In this document: positions 7,448 through 14,089 of the stretch, piece after piece
Position numbering within the stretch: position 1 is the stretch's first letter
Layout: every line of letters starts with the position of its first letter
Assembly (NCBI GenBank): GCA_039586365.1
Contig: JBDHKN010000105.1
Coordinates: 1 to 15,461 of the forward strand
DNA: 15,461 nt
Reading direction: 5' to 3'
DNA from: Gemmatimonadota bacterium
GTDB lineage: Bacteria; Gemmatimonadota; Gemmatimonadetes; Gemmatimonadales; GWC2-71-9
The notes under the pieces: generated by a model
Seen by the model: only the letters and a program-made list of their open reading frames with translations
What the model was told of the DNA's origin: nothing
The model's database searches: none
Program-made: the position numbers and the translations under genes

Positions 7448-7600
7448 ATGTTCGATATAGCATTCGGGTTCTTCTGCTTCGGCTTCGTGGCCGGAGCGCT
7501 CGTCACCGATTTCATGTACAGGATCTTCGTCAAGAAGTCCAGTGATGAGTCCAAAGACGGGAGCGACGAGGACGAGCGGTTCTGGGCTCGAATCGCGTAA
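7448..7600 (+). CDS. 50-aa single-pass membrane microprotein (not in the ORF track)
   Basis: MFDIAFGFFCFGFVAGALVTDFMYRIFVKKSSDESKDGSDEDERFWARIA*. Strong SD AAGGAGGTG at 7435-7443; GC3-rich codons like host genes. Confidence 0.75.
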   Translation: MFDIAFGFFCFGFVAGALVTDFMYRIFVKKSSDESKDGSDEDERFWARIA

Positions 7601-7604
7601 CCGG

Positions 7605-7694
7605 ACCCGCAAGGGCGCGTCTTGTGACGACGTCCGCGGGTAATAGGATCCTCAGGTGGGACCGCCACACGGTCGCGTACCGTCCCGCCCTGAG
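7605..7694 (+). terminator. Two hairpins directly 3' of the 50-aa ORF (3'-end/stability elements)
   Basis: ACCCGC/GCGGGT (7605-7610/7636-7641) with inner CGTC-TTGT-GACG; CTCAGGTGGGAC/GTCCCGCCCTGAG (7651-7662/7682-7694). No clear U-tract. Confidence 0.35.
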
Positions 7695-7759
7695 CCCCCT
7701 GAGTCGACCCTAGATTATATCAGTATAAATTACTTTATCCGAATAATTCACTCGTAATA

Positions 7760-7799
7760 GTAACATTTATATTCACAAACATACAATATATAATGAACA
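7760..7799 (+). promoter_or_regulatory. Archaeal TATA promoter, module B
   Basis: TTTATA at 7766-7771, 34 nt before the RNA motif (33 nt in copy A); atttatattcacaaacataca versus atttatatcctcaaacttaca in A. Confidence 0.65.
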
Positions 7800-7955
7800 G
7801 AGGCGCTTTCCGAAATGGTAGCGTGTCCGTCCTGCAAGATCCCGGCGTCGTGCCGGGTAAACGGGTCTGGTGGCAAAGGATTCTTAGCGAGCAGCGACTT
7901 TGACTCGCCCCGTACCACCGAGCTTGCACACAACGGTAGGCTCGGAACCGCCTTC
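7800..7955 (+). ncRNA. Candidate structured RNA motif, copy B (leader of the SPFH operon; unknown family)
   Basis: Homologous to copy A. Closing stem GAGGCG/CGCCTT (7800-7805/7949-7954); hairpin 7841-7857; stem 7861-7865/7909-7913; 10-bp hairpin 7918-7945. Confidence 0.65.
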
Positions 7956-8117
7956 TAAGTATCAGAAAAGGTAACGAGAGATGCTTGGAACATTAACATT
8001 GGGATTTGGGGCATTGGGCAACAAGATCCTTCAAGGCGTGCCCATAAGCGGACCTGATGAAACAGGATCCGGCCCTGATTTCGTATCGTACTCACTTTAA
8101 GCAAGGAGCGAGAGAAG

Positions 8118-8345
8118 ATGGCAGCAATCTTGGGAATGTTCGTGATAGGAATCGTGATCGGAGCAGTCGCGACGTACCTGTTCAGCTGGACCTTCGGTGC
8201 CAGCCTCGTGGACGCCGCCGGCAAGTCCCAGGCCAGGGTGGCCGAGGCGGAGAACAAGCGCCTGACGACCCAGGTCGAGAAGCTGGAGGCGGAGCTCAGC
8301 CGCGCCCTCCAGAGCATCGAGGAGCTGCGCGAGGATAAGGGGTGA
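8118..8345 (+). CDS. Small protein with N-terminal TM helix and C-terminal coiled coil
   Basis: ILGMFVIGIVIGAVATYLF, then heptad-like ENKRLTTQVEKLEAELSRALQSIEELR. SD AAGGAG 8103-8108; GTGA overlap with the next gene. Confidence 0.8.
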   Translation: MAAILGMFVIGIVIGAVATYLFSWTFGASLVDAAGKSQARVAEAENKRLTTQVEKLEAELSRALQSIEELREDKG

Positions 8346-9289
8346 AGGAATTGGAGATTCAGCAGAAGAGACTGGCAATATTCGTGGGCTTTCTAATAAT
8401 TGTGATCGTAATCGTGGCGCTACTGGTCGCCTCAATCGAGGTCGTGCCTGCAGGTTACAAGGGCGTCATCGTGAACTCGCCCGACGGGCCCAGCGAGGAG
8501 GAGATCCCCGAGGGCTGGAACGTCAGGGCGAAGTACATCTTCGCTGACATCGAGCACGTGGAGTGGCGTACCCAGAAGATGAGCTTCGTGGGCGCCGACA
8601 CCGCTGGCGACAACGTCGGCAGCATCGTAGTGTCCTCCAAGGACAACATCCAGGTGACCATGGACTTCTCGGTCATCTACCACATCGAGCCGGACAAGGT
8701 CTCGGAGCTGATCATCGACAACGGCATGGACTACCAGAGCCGGATCATCAACCCGATAGCTAGGTCCGAGCCCCGCAACATCGGGGCCAAGTACCTCGCG
8801 ATAGAGATCCGCGGCGAGATGAGGGACGAGGTGGAGAAGGCCATCGCCGAGAACATAGCGAGGGAGCTGGCCAAGAAGCACATCATCGTGGAGAGGTTCA
8901 CCCTCCAGGACATCCGGTTGCCGGCCAAGCTGGAGGAAGCCATCGAGCAGAAGAAGGTGGCGGAGCAGAACGTGCTCACCCAGCAGTACAACCTGGCGGC
9001 CGAGCAGTACGTGGCCAACAAGACGATAGTGAGGATGGAGGCCACAGCGGCCGCCATCGTCATCAACGCCACGGCCGCCGCGAACGCGACCGTCATACGG
9101 GCCCACGGCCAGGCCGAGGCCATCGGCATCATCATGGAGTACCTCAACTCCACCGCCGACAACGAGACCCGGGAATACCTCCAGTGGGTCTACCTCCAGG
9201 CGCTGACCGACCCGAACACGAGCATCCAGTACGTGATCATACCCTCGGAGGGCGGCGTGCCGGTCCTCCTCGAGGTGCAGCAACAGTAG
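8342..9289 (+). CDS. SPFH/band-7 protein, prohibitin-like
   Basis: N-terminal TM, VPAGYKGVI, SKD..QVTMDFSVIYHI, LQDIRLP..LEEAIEQKKVAEQ, Ala-rich coiled coil (A.GQAEA). Confidence 0.88.
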   Translation: MKELEIQQKRLAIFVGFLIIVIVIVALLVASIEVVPAGYKGVIVNSPDGPSEEEIPEGWNVRAKYIFADIEHVEWRTQKMSFVGADTAGDNVGSIVVSSKDNIQVTMDFSVIYHIEPDKVSELIIDNGMDYQSRIINPIARSEPRNIGAKYLAIEIRGEMRDEVEKAIAENIARELAKKHIIVERFTLQDIRLPAKLEEAIEQKKVAEQNVLTQQYNLAAEQYVANKTIVRMEATAAAIVINATAAANATVIRAHGQAEAIGIIMEYLNSTADNETREYLQWVYLQALTDPNTSIQYVIIPSEGGVPVLLEVQQQ

Positions 9290-9303
9290 GAAGGTTGAAA
9301 AAC

Positions 9304-10071
9304 ATGTTAGTTTGGATAATCGGAATTTTCGTGGGTTTGGTAGTATTAGGACTGGTGGCCGCCTCCATCAAAATCGCCCAGGAGTACCAAAGAGGGGTGG
9401 TCTTCCACCTCGGCCGCTACGAGGCCATCAAGGGCCCGGGCCTGTTCTTCATCAATCCGATCCTGGAGAAGTCCAACCTCGTCGACATCAGGACGAGGAC
9501 GGTGGACATCGAGCCCCAGGAGGCCATCACAAAAGACAGCGTGACCGTGCGGGTCAACGCGGTGCTCTACTACAAGATCACCGACCCGAAGAAGGCGGTC
9601 ATCGCCGTGGCAAACTACAGGGCCGCCATCAACCAGGCCGCGCTGACGACCCTGAGGAACATCATCGGTCAGAACGAGCTCGACGACCTGCTCCGAGAGC
9701 GGGACCGCATCAACGATACCCTCGAGGAGATCATCGACAAGGTATCCGACCCCTGGGGCATCCTGGTCGAGATGGTCGAGATCAAGGCCGTTGAGATCCC
9801 CGAGGGCATGCAGAGGGCCATGGCGAGGGAGGCCGAGGCCCAGAGGGAGAAGCGAGCCAGGCTGATCAAGGCGGAGGCCGAGGAGCAGGCCTCAGTTTTG
9901 CTGTCCCAGGCCTCCAAGGAGATCTCCGAGAACCCAGCAGCTCTGGAGCTCAGGCGGATGCAGATGATCTCCGAGGTTGGCGCGGAGCAGAACACGACGA
10001 CGATCATCCTGATCCCATCCGACTTCGTGATGCTAGCCAAGGCCCTCAGCCAGAAATTCGCGGAGGAGTAG
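9304..10071 (+). CDS. SPFH/band-7 protein, stomatin/slipin-like
   Basis: EYQRGVVFHLGR..KGPGLFFINP, ITKDSVTVRVNAVLYY, TTLRNIIGQ.ELDDLL.ERD.IN, AMAREAEAQREKRA, NPAALELR; ATG 9304 used. Confidence 0.93.
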   Translation: MLVWIIGIFVGLVVLGLVAASIKIAQEYQRGVVFHLGRYEAIKGPGLFFINPILEKSNLVDIRTRTVDIEPQEAITKDSVTVRVNAVLYYKITDPKKAVIAVANYRAAINQAALTTLRNIIGQNELDDLLRERDRINDTLEEIIDKVSDPWGILVEMVEIKAVEIPEGMQRAMAREAEAQREKRARLIKAEAEEQASVLLSQASKEISENPAALELRRMQMISEVGAEQNTTTIILIPSDFVMLAKALSQKFAEE

Positions 10072-10153
10072 GGCCATTCCTATGAATAGGTCGACGCTCA
10101 AGAGGTGAGAGACAGAAGCTTCCGATAACGCCAAGGTAGAAGGGGGCACGGGA

Positions 10154-10370
10154 CCCGGGGGTGGCCCGTCTTTTCCTCCCCACGGGCCATCCCCGGGATT
10201 ATATCTCCCTCCGGAAAGGGTCCCGTCCCCCGAACACCGTCAAGATGGCATTCTCATGTGAGGGGGCTCGCAGCCTGGGGACGGTCCTTTTTAGGGGGTT
10301 AGGGGGGCCGTCTCCAGGCTATTTCTTTACAATGGGCGGGGGTCCTCCGGGCTCCCGCCGCTTCTTTTCT
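10154..10370 (+). terminator. Cluster of long hairpins after the SPFH operon; the last two are followed by U-rich tracts
   Basis: 16-bp stem 10154-10169/10182-10197; 20-bp stem 10272-10291/10301-10320 then atttcttt; 11-bp stem 10335-10345/10349-10359 then cttcttttct. All contain G-U pairs on the + strand. Confidence 0.5.
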
Positions 10371-10661
10371 TCTATCTACGAATAAGAGGATTATCGGAAT
10401 CCATCCGGCTTCCTTACCAGCTCGCCCTCCAAATCCTTGGCCGAGTCCCACCTGATGGTTTTATATTTACCTTACTATTTCCATATCAAGTTTAATCATT
10501 AGTATTACTATTTTGATAGTCAACTACATTAATAGTATGACGATCATCAGCAAAGGTCGGATCCTATGATAAGGAGTTCCTGTGCCAGTTTAATACCTTT
10601 TAATTATCAGGACTGTCCACAAAACCCACTAAATAAAATAATATATCACCGACCAAGATGC

Positions 10662-11024
10662 TCATTCGAAGGTTTCATCATGGTCGTGGGCGCATTTCGC
10701 GCGATACCTGTCCCTCTGATCGAAGAAGGTCACGTCGGCATACCCGGCATGGACCCTTGCCGAATGGGGGATGCCCGCGGGGATGTAGTATCGGTCCCCC
10801 TTGTTGAAGGTGTGCTCAACCCCATCTATGGTCAGCTCCAGCCTCCCCTCCACGACGATCGCGAACTGACCCTCATGACTGTGCTCGGGTAGCTCGGCGT
10901 CCTCACTGAATTCCATGAACAGGATCTGATGACCGTCAGCCTGGGAGAGATAGGCCTTTAGCCCGCTGAGAGGGATGTCGGCCTCCGGCAGCTTCTTGAC
11001 GGGTTCTGGAAATATCTCCTCCAT
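10662..11024 (-). CDS. Cupin_2 domain protein
   Basis: LPEHSHEGQFAIVVEGRLELTIDG and KGDRYYIPAGIPHSA cupin motifs. Confidence 0.9.
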   Translation of the reverse strand: MEEIFPEPVKKLPEADIPLSGLKAYLSQADGHQILFMEFSEDAELPEHSHEGQFAIVVEGRLELTIDGVEHTFNKGDRYYIPAGIPHSARVHAGYADVTFFDQRDRYRAKCAHDHDETFE

Positions 11025-11188
11025 CTGATCAACCGAAACCCTATTGGGACTGACCTAGAATACCTTTGCCCATCCTGATTGCCAGACCATGGTGAGAGCT
11101 ATAATAGGATTTCATGCTGGTTGTGGGAATTCTCGATTATCAAACTAAAATGGGAATATATAAATATTTGAACCCCCATTCATGAATT

Positions 11189-12433
11189 GTGGTTCATAAA
11201 ATTGTTACGAGGAACATATCCAGACAAATCGAGGCCAACCCAGGATGGTCTCTTCTCTATGGAAGGAGGAAGGTGGGCAAGACATTCCTTATCGAGAATT
11301 TCGTGCCCCATGATAACTACTTCTCCGTCCGTGTGGACCGAAGCATCTCTGCGAGAGGATTTGCCATAGACGGGTTGGAGGACCTCAGGACCTTCTCGAG
11401 GGTTGCATCGGAGCTTCTTAGGAATGACAAGACAGTGGTCATCGACGAGTTCCAGAGGTTGCCGATGTTCGTTCTGGAGGACCTTGCGTCAGTTCATCCT
11501 AGCGGCAGACTCATCCTCACAGGCTCGAGCATGCGGGTGGTTGACAGGCTTACCGGGAGGAACTCCCCGTTGCTGGGCTTGCTAAGACCGTTCAGGATAG
11601 GCCTCGTGTCGCCCTCGGACCTGCTGCTCTCCTTGCGAGAGGACATGACTGCCGAGGAGGCCGTGTCCTTGGCACCGCTCCTCAGGGATCCATGGACGAT
11701 ACCCTTTCACAGGTCCGGCAGCCTCCTCGAGGATGTCGTTGCCATGTTGCCCAACATCGTCCCTGGGCTCGTCGGGGAGATATTCACCGAGGACGAGAGG
11801 GAGTTGACCCGAACCTATTCGTCGATCCTCTCCCAGATTGGCTCGGGCACCGCTGATCACCACCGGATCGCCGACACGCTGCACAGTCGTGGTATCATCA
11901 AGTCTGGCTCATCATCCCATGTGATCCCATATATGAGGAACATGGTGGAGATGGGGTTGCTGGAGCGTACCAGGATATTCAGGAGGAAGAAGTACGTCTA
12001 CAGCATACCCTCCCTTCCCATCCGTATGTACTACTACTTGGATTCTCGCTACGGAATCTCCGACAGGCTGGTCAGCTACAGGGAGGTAGCCCCCGCGGCC
12101 GAGGGTCTCCTGAGGACCGGCATCGAGGAGTTCGTCTTTGACCTCATGGCCGAGGTCGTCGGAGGGCGGAAGGAGTTGCTCAAGGACCCGGACCGAGAAC
12201 TGGACGTGCTGGTCACGGTCCGGAACCGACCTGCTCTGGTGGGGGAGGTCAAATGGGGGAAGGTGACGAGATCCGATGTCGGTAAATTCCTCGCGAAGGT
12301 GGAGAACATGAGGTGCCGCAAGGTCCTGGTCAGCCGCTCCACCCTTGACACAGACGAGGTCGAGGTCTTGACCCCTGACGGGTTGATGGAAGAGGCAAGC
12401 AGGTACTCAGAGACGATGCTTAAATCCCGGTGA
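11189..12433 (+). CDS. Archaeal AAA+ ATPase with C-terminal PD-(D/E)xK-like domain (ATPase_2/DUF234-type)
   Basis: Walker A YGRRKVGKT, Walker B VVIDEFQ, sensor LILTGSS, probable winged-helix region, C-terminal ELDV...GEVKW. TATATAAA 11157-11164 precedes the GTG start. Confidence 0.88.
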   Translation: MVHKIVTRNISRQIEANPGWSLLYGRRKVGKTFLIENFVPHDNYFSVRVDRSISARGFAIDGLEDLRTFSRVASELLRNDKTVVIDEFQRLPMFVLEDLASVHPSGRLILTGSSMRVVDRLTGRNSPLLGLLRPFRIGLVSPSDLLLSLREDMTAEEAVSLAPLLRDPWTIPFHRSGSLLEDVVAMLPNIVPGLVGEIFTEDERELTRTYSSILSQIGSGTADHHRIADTLHSRGIIKSGSSSHVIPYMRNMVEMGLLERTRIFRRKKYVYSIPSLPIRMYYYLDSRYGISDRLVSYREVAPAAEGLLRTGIEEFVFDLMAEVVGGRKELLKDPDRELDVLVTVRNRPALVGEVKWGKVTRSDVGKFLAKVENMRCRKVLVSRSTLDTDEVEVLTPDGLMEEASRYSETMLKSR

Positions 12434-12528
12434 ACTCCCGAGTCTTTCGGGTATGAATTGCGCTCCTAAATTGAGGATTTTCGATTCAACGATTCGAAAA
12501 ACAATGGTATATTTACAGATCGAATGTT

Positions 12529-13428
12529 CTAGAAAAGGAGCCTACTGCCTTGATACAATTCCAAGAGGAACTCGATGAACGGCCTCAGGTTCCCTTCAAC
12601 CTGGGCCTCCCGAAGGACATCATAGTATCGGTTCTTTTTAGCGTTGGGGATGTTGACCATCGGTAGACCGTTCCTGTGAAGGATGAAGTTCATGAGCAGC
12701 CTTCCCACCCTTCCGTTCCCGTCGACGAATGGATGGACCGTCTCGAAGCCCACATGAAAGTAGATCGCCAGCACCAGAGGGTGGACCCTATCCCTGTTCT
12801 TCGCATACCAAGAGAGCAGAGAGGCGATGTCCTTGGGAACATCGTCAGGCGATGGGGGGAGCCATTCCACCCCACGGATGTAGACCTGGACGGACCTGAA
12901 GGCACCGACCTGGTCCTCCATGTCAGCGTCCATGGTGTCCTTGACAACGAGACGATGAAGCTCCAGGATGAGCTCCCTCGAAACATCACCGTCGAACTCG
13001 AGGATGTGGTCGAAGGCTCGCTTGTGGTTCAGGACCTCGTTGACCTCCCTGAGGCTCTTGCCAGGTGTGATGCCGTCGAAGAGGAGGCTCGCCGTCTCCT
13101 GCAGGGTCAGGGTGTTGCCCTCGATCGCAGTGGAGTCGTTGGTGAACATGGATACGAATGATTCGTACCTGTTCTCCCTGGTAGAGGATGGTTGATCGGA
13201 GTAGGCCTTCTGCAGTTCCTCCAAGAAACCCTGCTCCTCCATGCTTAGCAGAGCCTCGAGGACGCCCAGCTCAATATCCGCCTCTCTCTCAGCATCCCTG
13301 AGTGCCTCCGGGCTCAGGTCGGTTCCGAGGTACTTCCGTACCTTCTTTACATTATCGCCCTCGCGAACGGAAACGGTCCTGTAATAGTAGGTCCTACCGT
13401 TCCTTTTCTGCTTCTCGGTATATGCCAC
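12529..13428 (-). CDS. Fic-domain protein (class II, N-terminal inhibitory helix) with an extra N-terminal basic beta-domain
   Basis: Canonical HPFVDGNGRVGR catalytic motif; inhibitory motif STAIEGN; N-terminal KRNGRTYYYRTVSVREGDNVKKVRKYLG. Confidence 0.92.
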   Translation of the reverse strand: MAYTEKQKRNGRTYYYRTVSVREGDNVKKVRKYLGTDLSPEALRDAEREADIELGVLEALLSMEEQGFLEELQKAYSDQPSSTRENRYESFVSMFTNDSTAIEGNTLTLQETASLLFDGITPGKSLREVNEVLNHKRAFDHILEFDGDVSRELILELHRLVVKDTMDADMEDQVGAFRSVQVYIRGVEWLPPSPDDVPKDIASLLSWYAKNRDRVHPLVLAIYFHVGFETVHPFVDGNGRVGRLLMNFILHRNGLPMVNIPNAKKNRYYDVLREAQVEGNLRPFIEFLLELYQGSRLLF

Positions 13429-13435
13429 ATAAATA

Positions 13436-13482
13436 TGTACGTCTACATCATATATAGATTTGTCGATTGATGTAGACGTACA
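13436..13482 (-). promoter_or_regulatory. Perfect 15-bp inverted repeat bracketing the Fic TATA box
   Basis: TGTACGTCTACATCA (13436-13450) / TGATGTAGACGTACA (13468-13482); the 17-nt spacer contains TATATA (13451-13456). Confidence 0.7.
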
Positions 13483-13600
13483 GTTACTTCGAGCACGGAC
13501 GGGAATCTTGAGGCGTGATGGATATCATCCGTTAATAAGTACCATCGGTATGCCTTCGGGCATAGTACTGGGCCTTAATGCCTCAGAATCAATAGCTCGA

Positions 13601-13646
13601 ATGTTAAAAAATAATTAACATCCATAAATGTTAATATTTTATTAAC
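13601..13646. promoter_or_regulatory. Tandem GTTAA-N7-TTAAC palindromic operators
   Basis: ATGTTAA-N7-TTAACAT (13601-13621) and GTTAA-N7-TTAAC (13630-13646), directly before ORF 13649. Confidence 0.55.
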
Positions 13647-13648
13647 TT

Positions 13649-13852
13649 GTGATGAAGGCGGAGGCCTACTACGACAGGATGGCCGGACCTGGGCATGAGA
13701 GGTTCAAGGACGACATGGTCCAGATCGTGGAGAGGACCAAGAGGACGGGTAAAAGCGTTGATCATTCCGAGGTCCAGAGACTGGTGCTCATGAGGGACCC
13801 TCGGAAGCGTGCAATCATGATGGACCTGTGCGCTTCGGTCATACCTGCATGA
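13649..13852 (+). CDS. Small hypothetical protein (67 aa; start GTG 13649 or ATG 13652)
   Basis: Abrupt switch from an AT-rich promoter to GC3-rich codons typical of host genes; no family recognised. Confidence 0.6.
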   Translation: MMKAEAYYDRMAGPGHERFKDDMVQIVERTKRTGKSVDHSEVQRLVLMRDPRKRAIMMDLCASVIPA

Positions 13853-14022
13853 GGTCGATGTTGCAGTAGGTTAATCATGGAGCATCGATTGATAGGATGA
13901 CCGTTATCGGAGTTATCAACCCCATGAACAATTAGGATCATCGGCTGATTGCATGAGAAGTAGAATTTCGTCGAATGATGCACATAGAAAACACCATTGA
14001 AGTGACATTTCACCTCGTATTT

Positions 14023-14089
14023 TGTATATTATGATATACATATAGGAAGGTATTTATACCATCAAGATGTACATAAACACGTGTACATC
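14023..14089 (+). promoter_or_regulatory. TATA promoter with flanking palindromes for the DUF4143 ATPase
   Basis: TGTATAT-N4-ATATACA (14023-14040), GGTAT-TT-ATACC containing TTTATA (14049-14060), GATGTACA-N8-TGTACATC (14066-14089) overlapping the GTG start. Confidence 0.55.

Noticed and set aside
7799..7955. Lysine (AGAGGCGC start) or c-di-AMP (TCCGAAA-GGTA) riboswitch
   Set aside because: The downstream conserved cores (GCCGAA/CTGTC/GGAG-GCTA for lysine; GGAACC/GCTAAC for c-di-AMP) are not present in the right order.
8050..8071. Hammerhead ribozyme core CTGATGAAAC
   Set aside because: No stem II between CTGATGA and GAAA; it is a simple hairpin loop.
2980..9283. Long antisense or shifted ORFs (2980..3831, 3276..3977, 4463..5161, 5985..6833, 6200..6949, 8432..9283)
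   Set aside because: Shadow frames of well-supported genes, expected in high-GC3 DNA; they carry no motifs.
10392..10469. Minus-strand coding-like fragment (TIRWDSAKDLEGELVRKPDGFR)
   Set aside because: No in-frame start and too short to call a pseudogene without a search.
13916..14016. Minus-strand 30-aa ORF after GAGGTG, and the overlapping track ORF 13762..14013
   Set aside because: SD-to-ATG spacing is only 2 nt, codons are AT-rich unlike host genes, and no family is recognisable.
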